Assembly: GCA_046349175.1 (NCBI GenBank)
Contig: JAXMCS010000004.1
Coordinates: 43,017-107,016, forward strand
Source of the DNA: Hyphomicrobiales bacterium
Lineage (GTDB): Bacteria > Pseudomonadota > Alphaproteobacteria > Rhizobiales > Aestuariivirgaceae
DNA length: 64,000 nt
Reading direction: 5' to 3'
Numbering within the stretch: position 1 is the first letter of the stretch; each line of letters starts with the position of its first letter. Below the pieces are notes generated by a model, which saw nothing but the letters and a program-made list of their open reading frames with translations, ran no database searches and was not told where the DNA came from. The position numbers were made by a program, and so were the translations under genes. Positions 1-9,883 of the stretch are shown here, piece after piece.

Positions 1-221
1 CAGGTGGAAATCCAGTCATAACTCTGGAACACCGTCGGCAGGGTTGCGGCATCGGCTTCCAGAGCCCGCCATCCCGCTTCCAGATGTTTCAGGCCCGCCA
101 GCGAACCGACGAGGCCAAGCCGCTGCCCCGGTGCCAGAAGGGCCTCGCGCGCCGCTTCTGCCTTGCGGGGAATCGCACCAGAAATGGCAAACGGCGATGC
201 ATCGGCAGCCAGATGAGTCAT
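1..221 (-). CDS. GNAT family acetyltransferase (CelD/BcsL-like), 5' part; runs off window
   Basis: Not in ORF track. Manual translation from ATG at 221 (AGGA RBS upstream): MTHLAADASPFAISG...LKHLEAGWRALEADAATLPTVFQSYDWIST; the W..LE...T.FQS.DW pattern is typical of this family's N-terminus. Confidence 0.65.
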   Translation of the reverse strand, partial: MTHLAADASPFAISGAIPRKAEAAREALLAPGQRLGLVGSLAGLKHLEAGWRALEADAATLPTVFQSYDWIST

Positions 222-330
222 GTGAAAGTCCTGTTTCGGGGGCCCGCTGTGCTTGAAGTAAATTAGCTGCAAAGCTCTTGCCGCCCCCCACCGATCAGGG
301 GAAAGGCTTAACCAGTCGTAAACGCGCCCG

Positions 331-1293
331 TCAGAAGTAAACGCCCAGCCGGTGCCATTGCACCTGGGGCCGCCGAACCCGGGGCACAAAAGATGGCTGC
401 AGCGGCTGCTGCATGTCAGCCTGTATGGGGTCTGGCATCGCGGTTTGGCGCACCGCATGAAGCCTGGCGATACGGTCCTCCGTCGCCGGGTGGGTGCGCA
501 GAAGGGAGGGGTTGGGCACGCGCCCGCCGGGCAGGAAAATCCCTTCCCAGGGCCGCCCCTGTTGCGCTTCCAGCACCCGCAGCGCCGAGACAAGGCCATC
601 GGGATCACCGGTCAGCGTGACGCCATCCAGATCGGCATCATATTCGCGGGCCCGTGACAGGCCCAATTGCACAAGACCCGTCAGCGTTGGCGCGAAGATC
701 ATGGCGAGAAGCCCGAGCACCGGAAAATGCACATTCATGCCAAAAACCAGCGGCAGGCCCATGAGGCCGAAGGTGGACATGAGACCGGTGATCCGCGCCA
801 GAACATCGGCCAGTCCCATGACGCGCAGGTCGCCGTTCATGATATGCGCCGTCTCGTGGCCGAGAATGCCCGTCATCTGGCGCAGGTTCATGCGCGTGAC
901 GAGCGCGTCTGTCACGGCAATGGCGGAGTCCTGACGGTTGCCGACAGCGAAGGCGTTCATCAATTGGGATGGCACGATGTAAAGCTGCGGCACGGTGGGA
1001 AGGTCGGCCCGCTTGGCAAGGCTGCGCAGCGCCTGTTGCAATTCGGGCAGCTCGCCGGGCAGCGCCACCCGCGCCTTGTAAAGATTGAGCACCAGCTTGG
1101 GCGAGACCTGCGACAGGCCTTGCACCATGAAGGCGCCCAAGATGGCAGCGCCGATCAGTCCGGTAACGCCATAGACGGAATAGGCCAAGAGGCCAAGGAT
1201 GGCGGCGCTGGCGGCCACCAGCGTAAGGGTGTGCAGCGTGTTGCGTGCGTTGTGACGCCGCTGGACGTCAGGATTGAGGTTCGCCTGCACCAT
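331..1293 (-). CDS. htpX: M48 family zinc metalloprotease (HtpX-like)
   Basis: N-terminal TM helices, NAFAVG, HETAH (HExxH), SRAREYDAD, THP motifs; start set at MVQANLN (1293), overlapping the ycjF stop. Confidence 0.85.
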   Translation of the reverse strand: MVQANLNPDVQRRHNARNTLHTLTLVAASAAILGLLAYSVYGVTGLIGAAILGAFMVQGLSQVSPKLVLNLYKARVALPGELPELQQALRSLAKRADLPTVPQLYIVPSQLMNAFAVGNRQDSAIAVTDALVTRMNLRQMTGILGHETAHIMNGDLRVMGLADVLARITGLMSTFGLMGLPLVFGMNVHFPVLGLLAMIFAPTLTGLVQLGLSRAREYDADLDGVTLTGDPDGLVSALRVLEAQQGRPWEGIFLPGGRVPNPSLLRTHPATEDRIARLHAVRQTAMPDPIQADMQQPLQPSFVPRVRRPQVQWHRLGVYF

Positions 1294-2302
1294 CTTTGTC
1301 GTCCTTGTTGCCAAGCCCAACCACCTCGCGCAGCAGCACGCCCAGGTTTTCGCGGGCCGGCCGCTGCGCCGGAATGGGGCGGCACACATCCATCGCCGCA
1401 AGGCCAATGCGGCTGGTGAGAATGCCATTGACCGCCCCTTCGCCGAAGCGCGCCGACAGGCGGCCAACGAGGCCCTTGCCGAGAAGCTGCTGCATCAGCG
1501 TGTCTGACAGGGCAAGCCCGCCCGCCACGGCGAGATGGGTGATCACCATGCGCGCCAGCTTCAGGGTGGCAAGCGTGGAGGGGCGGCCGCCATAAAGCGC
1601 CGCAACATCCCGCAGCAGGCCGAAGTTCTGGCTGGCCACAAAAAGAATGTCGAGCGCCGCCGCCGGCGTGACGGCGGTGAGCACCGTGACGCGGCGCGCC
1701 CGGCTGGCGATCAGGCGGTGGGCCTGCGCGTCTAGCGGCTTGAAGAGAATGCGCCCGGCCAGCCGCACGCGGTCCCGCGGATCCATGATCTCGGCGTCAT
1801 GGCTGGCAAGTGTCTGCAAGGGCCAGCGCATGTCGCGGCGTCCGTCATAGAGGCTGACAATGCCGCCCAGCGCCTCGCGGGCAGCCCTGCTGTCATCAAG
1901 GGCGATGGCGCGGCTTGCCGCGTCCTGCAGGTGTTCAATGCGGCCAAGCCGCACCAGCCCCCAGATTTCCCGCACGATGATTGCAAGCGCGGCAAGCCCC
2001 GCAACACCGGCGACTGCCAGCGTCAGCCAGCCCATGAAGGCGGACTGCGCGAAATAGGACTGGATCAAAGTGGTGATGGAGAGGCCCGCCCACAGGGCAG
2101 TGAGCGCGAAAAGCGAGACGACAAGCACGCTCGCCCAGGGAAAACGCCGCGTCAGCGCGGGCGCTTCCGTTTGCGGCACGCTGACAAGCTCCGTTCCCAC
2201 CGGGTCCGGCGTGAAGGCAATGTCCGGCTGGCGCTGCGCTGCCTTATGGGGGCGCTGGCTGTGCTCCGGTTCCAGCACGAAAGCCTGGGGTTTGCGGCTC
2301 AT
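1268..2302 (-). CDS. ycjF: YcjF family membrane protein (TIGR01620)
   Basis: Two TM helices, LYGGRP, GRLSARFGEGAVNGILTSRIG, CRPIP motifs; directly downstream of ycjX. Confidence 0.9.
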   Translation of the reverse strand: MSRKPQAFVLEPEHSQRPHKAAQRQPDIAFTPDPVGTELVSVPQTEAPALTRRFPWASVLVVSLFALTALWAGLSITTLIQSYFAQSAFMGWLTLAVAGVAGLAALAIIVREIWGLVRLGRIEHLQDAASRAIALDDSRAAREALGGIVSLYDGRRDMRWPLQTLASHDAEIMDPRDRVRLAGRILFKPLDAQAHRLIASRARRVTVLTAVTPAAALDILFVASQNFGLLRDVAALYGGRPSTLATLKLARMVITHLAVAGGLALSDTLMQQLLGKGLVGRLSARFGEGAVNGILTSRIGLAAMDVCRPIPAQRPARENLGVLLREVVGLGNKDDKDGAGEPQS

Positions 2303-2312
2303 GGTTCACGTC

Positions 2313-3746
2313 TCACGAAAAGCGGTCTCCCAGCAGAAACTCAAGCGCCCGATCAAGGCGGATATGGGGAAAGGCCCCCTGCGAGAGCAAGGGCGGGCGG
2401 AAGCGCACAAAGCGCAACTGCCCCTGCAGCAACCCGCTGAGCGCCGTGTCCGGCGTGGCCGGAAGGTCGCCGGGGAAAACGGCGGCTTCGGTCGCGCCAT
2501 CAAACACCTTGCCGCCCGTTGTCTCGCCAGCCTGGGGCGTGCCGGCAATGCAGGCCAGCAACTCGCCCTTTTCCGTGACAGTCGCCTCCCGCGTGGCGCG
2601 AATGGCGGCCAGCGCCGCGACATCATGGATGGCCCCTGTCATATCAGCCTGGCGGGCTGCGGATTCTGTCAGCACACGGAGGATATCCTCCAGCCGGTCA
2701 TGGCTGGTGTGGTGCAACTGGTCGGCCTTGGTGGCGGCGAAGAGAATGCGGTCAATGCGGCGGCCGAAGAGGGCGGACACAACGGAGTTGGCCCCCACGC
2801 GGAAACAGCCCATGACATCGGCAAGCGCCTTCTGTAGATCCTTGACGGCAAGAGGCCCGGCATTGAGGGCGGATAGCACATCCACCAACACCACCTGGCG
2901 GTCGAGCCTTGCGAAATGGCCGAAGAAGAACGGCTTCACCACCTTTGCCACATAGGACTCATAGCGCCGCGCCATGAGCGCCGCGAGGCTGCCGGGCTGT
3001 GGCACATGGCCGGAGGGCACATCCAGCGGTGCAAAGGAGAGAAGCGGCGAGCCCGCAAGATCGCCGGGCATGAGAAAGCGCCCCGGCGGCAGCGACGACA
3101 GCGAGACATCGTCCTCCCGGCAACGCGCCAGATAGGCCGTGAAAAGCGTGGCTGCCTTGAGCGCCTGCTTTTCATCGGCGGGACCATCCGGCGCGAGTGT
3201 GGCAAGATGGGCCTGCCAGGCCTCGGCATGGTTTGCCCGTGGCGGAACCCGCGAGGCCGAGACCGTGGCCGCTGACCACTGCGCATAGCTCATGGACATG
3301 AGCGGCAAGTCGAGCAGCCATTCCCCGGGATAATCCACAATGTCGATGTGCAAGCGGCCGCCATGCAGGTTGCGGGCCAAGAGGCCGGAGGGCTCATATT
3401 CAACGGTGAGACGCAACTGGCTGATGCGCCGCGTGCCTTCCGGCCAGCGCCTGTCATCTGCTGTCAGGGCTGCCACATGGTCTTCATAGGCAAAGCGCGG
3501 CAGGTCATCATCGGGTTGCGGCTCGAGATAGACCCGGCGGATGCGGCCCCGCGCCTGCGCTTCGAACAGCGGCAGCCGCGCCCCTTGCAGAAGCGCATGC
3601 ACCAGTGCCGTGATGAACACCGTTTTGCCCGAGCGCGACAGGCCGGTGACGCCCAGCCGCAGCGTGGGGCTGACAAGCCCCGTGGCGAAATCCCTCAAGC
3701 CGCCGGCCGCCAGACGGGCGCCGTCACGCAGGCTGATGGTGGTCAT
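2313..3746 (-). CDS. ycjX: YcjX family P-loop NTPase
   Basis: LRLGVTGLSRSGKTVFIT, DYPGEWLLDLPL, DRQVVLVD, ATKAD, PHIRLDRALEFLLGD motifs. Confidence 0.93.
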   Translation of the reverse strand: MTTISLRDGARLAAGGLRDFATGLVSPTLRLGVTGLSRSGKTVFITALVHALLQGARLPLFEAQARGRIRRVYLEPQPDDDLPRFAYEDHVAALTADDRRWPEGTRRISQLRLTVEYEPSGLLARNLHGGRLHIDIVDYPGEWLLDLPLMSMSYAQWSAATVSASRVPPRANHAEAWQAHLATLAPDGPADEKQALKAATLFTAYLARCREDDVSLSSLPPGRFLMPGDLAGSPLLSFAPLDVPSGHVPQPGSLAALMARRYESYVAKVVKPFFFGHFARLDRQVVLVDVLSALNAGPLAVKDLQKALADVMGCFRVGANSVVSALFGRRIDRILFAATKADQLHHTSHDRLEDILRVLTESAARQADMTGAIHDVAALAAIRATREATVTEKGELLACIAGTPQAGETTGGKVFDGATEAAVFPGDLPATPDTALSGLLQGQLRFVRFRPPLLSQGAFPHIRLDRALEFLLGDRFS

Positions 3747-3773
3747 GGCGCGCCGCCCCCTTTTCACGCCGAT

Positions 3774-3802
3774 AAGTGGGGGCGGGGCGCCGGTTTGGCA
3801 AG
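3774..3802 (-). promoter_or_regulatory. Putative RpoH (sigma32) promoter of ycjX-ycjF-htpX
   Basis: Minus strand CTTGCC-N15-CCCCACTT resembles CTTGAA-N13-17-CCCCATNT, ~30 nt upstream of ycjX. Confidence 0.45.
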
Positions 3803-3821
3803 GGTCGGGCCGGAAGCGATG

Positions 3822-4739
3822 TCAGCGCCCGATTTCGGCGAGATCAAACGGTGTCGTCTGATAGACCTCGTTGATCCAGTTGCCGAAGAGCAGATGGGCA
3901 TGGCTGCGCCAGCGGTTTTCCGGCACGCGCTTGGGATCATTGCCGGGGAAATAATTGGCCGGCATGTTGATCGGCTTGCTGGCCGCAACATCGCGGTTGT
4001 ACTCATCCGCCAATGTCGTGGTGTCATATTCAATGTGGTTGAACATGTAGAGGGAGCGGTGCGCCGGATCATTGATCAGGCACAGGCCCACCTCATCCGA
4101 TTCCATCATCACCTCCAGGCCATGGTCACGGGGAAGTTCCTCGCGCCGCACTTCCGTCCAGCGCGACACGGGCATGGAGAAGTCATCGGAGAAACCGCGC
4201 AGATAGGGCGAGGCCGGTGCCAGATTGCGGTGCCGGTAGACCCCGAAGGCCTTCTGCGAAAGGGCATGCTTTGGCACGCCATGGAAATGGTAGAGCGCCG
4301 CCTGCGCCCCCCAGCAGATGTTCATGCAGGAATGCACGTTGCTTTGCGTCCAGTCGAAGATGTGCTGAAGTTCCTTCCAGTAGGTCACCTCCTCGAAGGG
4401 CAGGTGCTCGATGGGGGCGCCCGTGGTGATGAAGCCGTCGAACTTCTGGCCGCGGATCTCCTCCCATGATTCATAGAAGGCGATCATGTGGTCCTGCGAG
4501 GTGTTCTTGGGCGTGTGGCTGCCAATCTTCACCAGAGTCAGTTCCACTTGCAGCGGCGATGCGCCGATGAGCCGGGCAAACTGCGTCTCAGTCTTGATCT
4601 TTTCCGGCATGAGGTTGAGCAGGCCGATGCGCAACGGCCGGATGTCCTGGCGGCTGGCGGTGGCTTCGGTCATCACGTTGACGCCCTCGTGCTCGAGCAC
4701 TTTGCGGGCGGGCAGGTCGTTCGGAATACGGATAGGCAT
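3822..4739 (-). CDS. metA: MetA-family homoserine O-acyltransferase, probably acetyl-CoA specific
   Basis: [22 protein letters not shown] (catalytic Cys), [21 protein letters not shown]. Confidence 0.95.
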   Translation of the reverse strand: MPIRIPNDLPARKVLEHEGVNVMTEATASRQDIRPLRIGLLNLMPEKIKTETQFARLIGASPLQVELTLVKIGSHTPKNTSQDHMIAFYESWEEIRGQKFDGFITTGAPIEHLPFEEVTYWKELQHIFDWTQSNVHSCMNICWGAQAALYHFHGVPKHALSQKAFGVYRHRNLAPASPYLRGFSDDFSMPVSRWTEVRREELPRDHGLEVMMESDEVGLCLINDPAHRSLYMFNHIEYDTTTLADEYNRDVAASKPINMPANYFPGNDPKRVPENRWRSHAHLLFGNWINEVYQTTPFDLAEIGR

Positions 4740-4742
4740 GAT

Positions 4743-5603
4743 TTACTTCTGTTCGATGGCGTTGGCGACAAGGGCGACGAAGGAGTCGTCGCTGGTGACA
4801 TGCGGCACGTCACGCATTCGGACCTTGTAGCCAAAATTCTCCGCGATCTTCGCATAGAGCGGGATGCGGTGATGCAAGAGCTGCTCGAAGCCCCAGACGG
4901 CAAAGCCATCGGGGTCGACATCATCGTCGCGGCTGATCTTGTTGATCTCCTTGTATTCCGCCCACTTCGCGTCAAGGAAGGCGGGCTGGTAATACATGGG
5001 TTTGGGATATTTGCGGAAACGTTCCACCAGCATCTTGGTGTGTTCCGGCGTGCCCTCGATGTAGAGCAGCAGCGTGTTTTCGGCGAGCGCCTTCAACACC
5101 GGATCATCCGGATTGTCCGGGTTCACCACCTCGCACAGCGAGCCGCCCGAGTCGCAAATGAAATGCTCATACTGGTAGATGTCGCGGGCCCGCCGGATGA
5201 AGTCCGGCACGTCGAGCAGGGCCCGCACCTCCGCCTCGCGGTGCTCGGCCTGGCGGCGCTTGTATTCGGCAAAGGTGATGCCGCCCTTGGCCGGATTGCC
5301 CGGCTTGCCCAGATAGGTGGACAGGGGAGCAAGATTGTCGAAAGTGATATTGGAGCGGATATAGATGGAATCCGTGCGCAGCAGGTCGCGCAGGAAGGGG
5401 TTTTTCATCGCTTCGCGCTTGAAGTTGTCGGCGATGTATTCGTCCATGTATTTGGTGCCGATGCGGTAATCCACCGAGTAGTGGAACCACTGGTGCGCCA
5501 GCAGCAGGCGCGCAAAGGTGGTCTTGCCCACCCCGGACATGCCGAAGACGGTGACGGCCTTGTGGGGCTGGTTGCGGAAGGCGGAAGACGTTTTGAAGCG
5601 CAT
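4743..5603 (-). CDS. Conserved P-loop ATPase of unknown function
   Basis: Walker A GMSGVGKT, SVDYRIGT, CDSGGSLCEV; ends 3 nt before the metA start. Confidence 0.8.
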   Translation of the reverse strand: MRFKTSSAFRNQPHKAVTVFGMSGVGKTTFARLLLAHQWFHYSVDYRIGTKYMDEYIADNFKREAMKNPFLRDLLRTDSIYIRSNITFDNLAPLSTYLGKPGNPAKGGITFAEYKRRQAEHREAEVRALLDVPDFIRRARDIYQYEHFICDSGGSLCEVVNPDNPDDPVLKALAENTLLLYIEGTPEHTKMLVERFRKYPKPMYYQPAFLDAKWAEYKEINKISRDDDVDPDGFAVWGFEQLLHHRIPLYAKIAENFGYKVRMRDVPHVTSDDSFVALVANAIEQK

Positions 5604-5657
5604 TCCCGCGCTTTAGCGGGGCGGCGCGTGGCCCGCAACGGAACACTATGTCCCGGG

Positions 5658-7061
5658 TCAGAAGTCCTTGGTCAGGCGGAAATCCACGGTGTGGCTGTCG
5701 TAGTCATACATGTCCACATTGCTGCGGTTATGCACATAGGTGTATTCCACCGTGGGCGCGAAGCCGAAGAAATTGAGGTCACGCTTGGTCAGGTCCACCA
5801 TAGCGGTCAGGCGCTCGTCCTGGCGCGGAATGGCGAGGATGGGAAAGAGCCCGTCGAAGTCCATCTTCATGGCCGTGCCGCGGGCATTCACGGTGATGCC
5901 GCCGGGCAGTTCCTTGTAGAAGCCGAGACCCGCCGACCACTGGTCATAGGACTGATAGTCGTTGAAGGCATTGACGCGGCTGTAGCCGCCAAACACGGTG
6001 GCGTTCAGGCTGGGGTCGAAGGTGTGTTCGAGGGCCCAGTCGCCGCCATAGGACGTGCCATCGTGATTGTCCTTTTCCAGGCTGTTCTTCCACTGGTAGT
6101 TCGCGCTGGCATTCACCCGGTCATGGGTGGTCACATTGTATTGCGCCGAAATGCGTGGCCCATAGGACAGCACATGTTCGAAAGCCGATTCCGTGGGCGT
6201 CTTGTCGTAAAGTGTCATGCCCTGGCTGGCGACGGCGCCAAAGCCAAGGAAGCCCTTGTCCAGCATGTAGCGCACTTCGGCGGATTCACTCAGGCCATAG
6301 CTGTTGAAATCGCTGTCCTGATAGAGCGAGGCATAGGCATTGGCGGCCGAGACAAAGGAGAAGTCATTGCCCAGGCGGCGCGAAAAGCCAACCGATGCGC
6401 CCACCGCAGCACCAACACCGGATTTTTTCTTGGTGATGTTGGCGGGAACGGCCTGCCCCGTGAACGGATCATAGACCGTCATGGTGGAATGGTTGGAGCC
6501 GCCATTGATGTTGTTGGTGGGTGCCGCCGAAATGAAGGCCGAATATTTGATGGGCAGCTTCTGGTCGATCCTGTCGATGAAGGAGCGGATGCCCTTGGCC
6601 ATGTCTTCGCTCGGCGCGGATTGCGCGAGAATGTCGAGATGGTGCTTGGCGCTGTCGTCTTCGTCGAGTTCCGTCAGCGTCTGCGCCAGTTCGGCACGCA
6701 CCAGTGTGAGGCCGGGGTCGCTGGCAAGGGCGGCACGGTATTTTTTCGCGGCCCCCGTCAGGTCGCCGCGCGACTTGAGGATCAGACCTTCGATGAAGAG
6801 CGTGCGGTTGGCCCCATGCGCCCCGGAGAGGGGATAGTGCTGCAACAGGGCTTCCGCCAGATCAGGCTGGCCACCCTTGGCCAACTGGATGAGAAGCCGC
6901 GTGCGCGTGGCTTCATCCAGCTTTTCATATTCAGCCGTCTGCGCCGCGGTCGGCGTTGTGGCGGCAGAAGCCTGAGGGGCCACGAGAAGCGCCCCCGGAA
7001 ACAGCAGCAGCGCGCAGAAGGCTGCGCGCTGTGCGAGAGATATGGCCAGAGCCCGGTTCAA
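5658..7061 (-). CDS. Surface lipoprotein assembly modulator (Slam, DUF560; type XI secretion translocon)
   Basis: Signal peptide, TPR-like helices (YRAALASDPGLTLVRAELAQTL), NINGGS motif, beta-barrel ending RSNVDMYDY...FRLTKDF with terminal Phe. Confidence 0.85.
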   Translation of the reverse strand: MNRALAISLAQRAAFCALLLFPGALLVAPQASAATTPTAAQTAEYEKLDEATRTRLLIQLAKGGQPDLAEALLQHYPLSGAHGANRTLFIEGLILKSRGDLTGAAKKYRAALASDPGLTLVRAELAQTLTELDEDDSAKHHLDILAQSAPSEDMAKGIRSFIDRIDQKLPIKYSAFISAAPTNNINGGSNHSTMTVYDPFTGQAVPANITKKKSGVGAAVGASVGFSRRLGNDFSFVSAANAYASLYQDSDFNSYGLSESAEVRYMLDKGFLGFGAVASQGMTLYDKTPTESAFEHVLSYGPRISAQYNVTTHDRVNASANYQWKNSLEKDNHDGTSYGGDWALEHTFDPSLNATVFGGYSRVNAFNDYQSYDQWSAGLGFYKELPGGITVNARGTAMKMDFDGLFPILAIPRQDERLTAMVDLTKRDLNFFGFAPTVEYTYVHNRSNVDMYDYDSHTVDFRLTKDF

Positions 7062-7071
7062 GTTGTCCCGG

Positions 7072-8403
7072 TCAGTTGCGCGTGGCGTTGAAGGCGCCGT
7101 TGATCGTCAGATAGCCGCGCTGGTCGTCGTTGATACCGGCCGAGCCGCCAACCGGATTGGGGTTGATGCCATAGACGTTGAACACGCCCGTGGTTTCGCT
7201 GGCACCCGTGCCGAAGAAGCTGCCGTAGACCGGATTGTCACCGGAGACGAAGCCGTTGTCGAGGGAGGCCGTGCCCGTGTAGTCGGCGGAGAGGCCAGCC
7301 GGCGTCGCACCCTTGGCCGGGGTCCGGCCGATGTCGGCGGTGATGGCGATGGTCGTGTCGTAGAAGCCATATTTGGGATCGGCAGTCGGCGTGCCTGAAT
7401 AGGTCAGGGCGCCGCTGTCAGGCGTTGCGCCATTGGTGCCGCTGAAGTTCGAGGTGTACCACGTATAATCGGAACTGAGGGAGCTCTGGTAGCTGCTCCA
7501 GGTTTCCGGTGTCAGTGTGCCCGTGAGTGAGGCATTGTCAAAGTCCACATCAATGTTGCTGCCGCCCTGAACACGCCACAGGGCGTTGGGGTTCACGTCG
7601 GCACCCGTGGCCTTGGCCCAGTTGGCGGTCTTGGCCGTGGCCACGAAGCGGCCCGTATAGTTTGCCGTGCCGGTGGTATCGACGTCGGTTGACTTGTTGC
7701 CACCATAGGACCAGGCCTGCTGTTTGGCTTCGCCGCCACCCGGCGTGCTGCGGTATTGCGTGGCAAAGCTGTCGGTCCAGGCCCAGACCTGCAGGGTTTC
7801 GTCGCGGCCATTGGAGTCACTGAGGGCGCGGTATTCGCGATAGTTTGTGCCGGAGCCACCGTTTTCCGCGGCGGAACCCGCATTGTAGGGGTCGGTCGCG
7901 TTGGTGCCATCGGGATATTCGTCCATCAGCACAGGCACCGGCCAGTTGCCATTTGTGCTGGTGTTGGTGTCGACCGCGATCTTCAGCTTCGAGGGCTTTG
8001 TGCCGAGGATTGAGGCAATAGCTGCGGTGTTGGACGCCGTCGATGTCGTGTTCGTCAATGACAGGCTGGACGTGGATTCACCTGTTGTGGGCAGGATGAG
8101 CTTGCCCGATTCAAGCGCAATGGTGCGGTTGCCTGTTTTCAGGTTGGTGGTGTTCCCGCCTGCGTCGGAGCCGCCTGACGAGCTGCTGCCACTGCTGCCG
8201 CCAGAGGAACTGCTGCTGCCACCGCCGCTGCTGGACGAAGAACCACCGCCCGATGAGCTGCTGCTGGAGGAGCCGGGAATGTCATTGCACGGCAGGCCGC
8301 AGACGATGCCGTCGGATGCGAGCGTCATCGCTCCGTTGCCTCCGGCGCAACCCGCCAGCGAGGTGGAAATGGCCAGAAAGGCCAGTACAGGAACAACACG
8401 CAT
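7072..8403 (-). CDS. TbpB-like Slam-dependent surface lipoprotein
   Basis: Lipobox LAGC, Ser/Gly tether, C-terminal barrel motifs GTANYTG and YGSFFGTGASETTGVF; immediately upstream of the Slam gene. Confidence 0.8.
   Translation of the reverse strand: MRVVPVLAFLAISTSLAGCAGGNGAMTLASDGIVCGLPCNDIPGSSSSSSSGGGSSSSSGGGSSSSSGGSSGSSSSGGSDAGGNTTNLKTGNRTIALESGKLILPTTGESTSSLSLTNTTSTASNTAAIASILGTKPSKLKIAVDTNTSTNGNWPVPVLMDEYPDGTNATDPYNAGSAAENGGSGTNYREYRALSDSNGRDETLQVWAWTDSFATQYRSTPGGGEAKQQAWSYGGNKSTDVDTTGTANYTGRFVATAKTANWAKATGADVNPNALWRVQGGSNIDVDFDNASLTGTLTPETWSSYQSSLSSDYTWYTSNFSGTNGATPDSGALTYSGTPTADPKYGFYDTTIAITADIGRTPAKGATPAGLSADYTGTASLDNGFVSGDNPVYGSFFGTGASETTGVFNVYGINPNPVGGSAGINDDQRGYLTINGAFNATRN
8170..8275 (-). 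repeat. Ser/Gly low-complexity coding linker (imperfect AGC/GGC repeats)
   Basis: Encodes GSSSSSSSGGGSSSSSGGGSSSSSGGSSGSSSSGGS. Confidence 0.8.
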
Positions 8404-8493
8404 GATCACTACCCACACAGATAACTCGTCTCCTCAAATTGCAGATGTTCCGCTAAATTTCCGTTAAGCGTAATTTTCGGTAGGTGTTTCAAA

Positions 8494-9786
8494 GTGCGAC
8501 AGGTCAACAATCTTGTGGAAAGCTGGTACGAGGCCACGGCCAATCGGCCTTCGTATTCGGCGCTGGCAGGAGACATCACGGCGGATGTCTGTGTCGTCGG
8601 TGGTGGCCTTGCCGGTCTCACTGTCCTGCGGGAATGCCAGGCGCGCGGCCTCAGCGCTGTGATGTTGGAGGCCTCGCGTGTCGCCGCTGCCGCGTCCGGC
8701 CGCAATGGCGGCTTTGTCTCCAGTGGCTTTGCGCTGGGCACGGAAGACCTGGCGAAGCGCGTGGGTTGGGATGAAACCAAGGCCCTGTATGGGTTGTCAC
8801 GCATGGGCACCGATTATGTGCGCGAAACAATTGCCCGGCACGACCCCGCCATCAAGCATGGCGACGGCATGCGCGTGGTGCTGCGCCATCCCGATGCCAA
8901 GGGCCTGCAAGACTATGCGGACCTTGTGCGAAGCAAGCTGGGCGAGGAGGTGCAAGTGCTCGATGTCGCAGAAACGCGTCAGCTGCTGAACTCCGAGCGC
9001 TACTGGCAGAGTCTCTATTCGCCACAGGCTTTCCACATCCACACCCTGCGCTATGGCCTGCTGGTAGCGGAGCTTGCTGTAAAAAATGGCGCCCGCATTT
9101 TCGAGGACACGTCCGCCCTTTCGGCGGTGCGGGATGGCACTGAGTTCAAGGTCACAACACCCGGCGGCACGGTCAAGGCCCGGCATGTGGTGCATTGCGT
9201 GTCAGCGCTCGGCACGCGCCTGCACCGTCCCTCGGGCCGCGCCATTCTGCCAGTGGCCACCTATGTGGCCGTCACAGAACCCCTGCCGCAGCAGGACGCC
9301 ATCCGCACGCCCTCAGCCGTTGCGGACACCCGCCGCGCCGGAAACTATTACCGCCTCCTGCCCGATGGCCGCATCCTCTGGGGTGGCCAGATCACCACGC
9401 GCGTTTCCGAGCCTGCGCGCCTGGCGGAGGTCATGCGCCGCGACATGGTCTCGGTCTTCCCGCAACTCGCCAAGGCTCGCATGCAATATGCCTGGGCCGG
9501 GCTGATGGGCTACGCCCGCCACATGATGCCGCTGATCGGGCAGGACCGGGAGGGCCAATGGTTTGCCACGGGCTTTGGCGGCCATGGCCTCAACACCACC
9601 GCCATGGCGGGGCTGCTGGTGGCCCGGGGCCTTGCCGGCGAAGACGATGCCTGGCGGCGCTTCGCGGCCTTTCCCGCCCAGTATGGCTTTGGCCAACTGG
9701 GAAGGCTGGGGGTGCAGGCCACCTACTGGCGGATGCAGTGGCAGGACCGGCTGGACGAGCGCCGGGCCCGCAAGGCCTCTGGCTGA
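8494..9786 (+). CDS. FAD-dependent oxidoreductase, DAO/PuuB-like
   Basis: DVCVVGGGLAG, ASGRNGG, YAWAG, GFGGHG motifs. Confidence 0.88.
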   Translation: MRQVNNLVESWYEATANRPSYSALAGDITADVCVVGGGLAGLTVLRECQARGLSAVMLEASRVAAAASGRNGGFVSSGFALGTEDLAKRVGWDETKALYGLSRMGTDYVRETIARHDPAIKHGDGMRVVLRHPDAKGLQDYADLVRSKLGEEVQVLDVAETRQLLNSERYWQSLYSPQAFHIHTLRYGLLVAELAVKNGARIFEDTSALSAVRDGTEFKVTTPGGTVKARHVVHCVSALGTRLHRPSGRAILPVATYVAVTEPLPQQDAIRTPSAVADTRRAGNYYRLLPDGRILWGGQITTRVSEPARLAEVMRRDMVSVFPQLAKARMQYAWAGLMGYARHMMPLIGQDREGQWFATGFGGHGLNTTAMAGLLVARGLAGEDDAWRRFAAFPAQYGFGQLGRLGVQATYWRMQWQDRLDERRARKASG

Positions 9787-9883
9787 CACGCGAATCGCGC
9801 CGATTCCCCAAGGGTTTGTCAGGTCTTGTGAGCGTCATGTGAGGCCGCTATAAGCCGCCAACTTTTGGGTGAGAGACACGCAC

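Noticed and set aside
1-300. Possible riboswitch or the short ORFs in the track
   Set aside because: Better explained by a minus-strand GNAT CDS starting at 221 that runs off the window
4488-7091. 867-aa plus-strand ORF (likewise 23116-24888, 31768-33237, 37553-39028, 60201-61430)
   Set aside because: Antisense shadows of well-supported genes; long stop-free opposite frames are expected in high-GC coding DNA and show no motifs
8170-8275. CRISPR or non-coding tandem array
   Set aside because: Degenerate trinucleotide repeats encoding a Ser/Gly linker; no repeat-spacer structure or cas genes in the window
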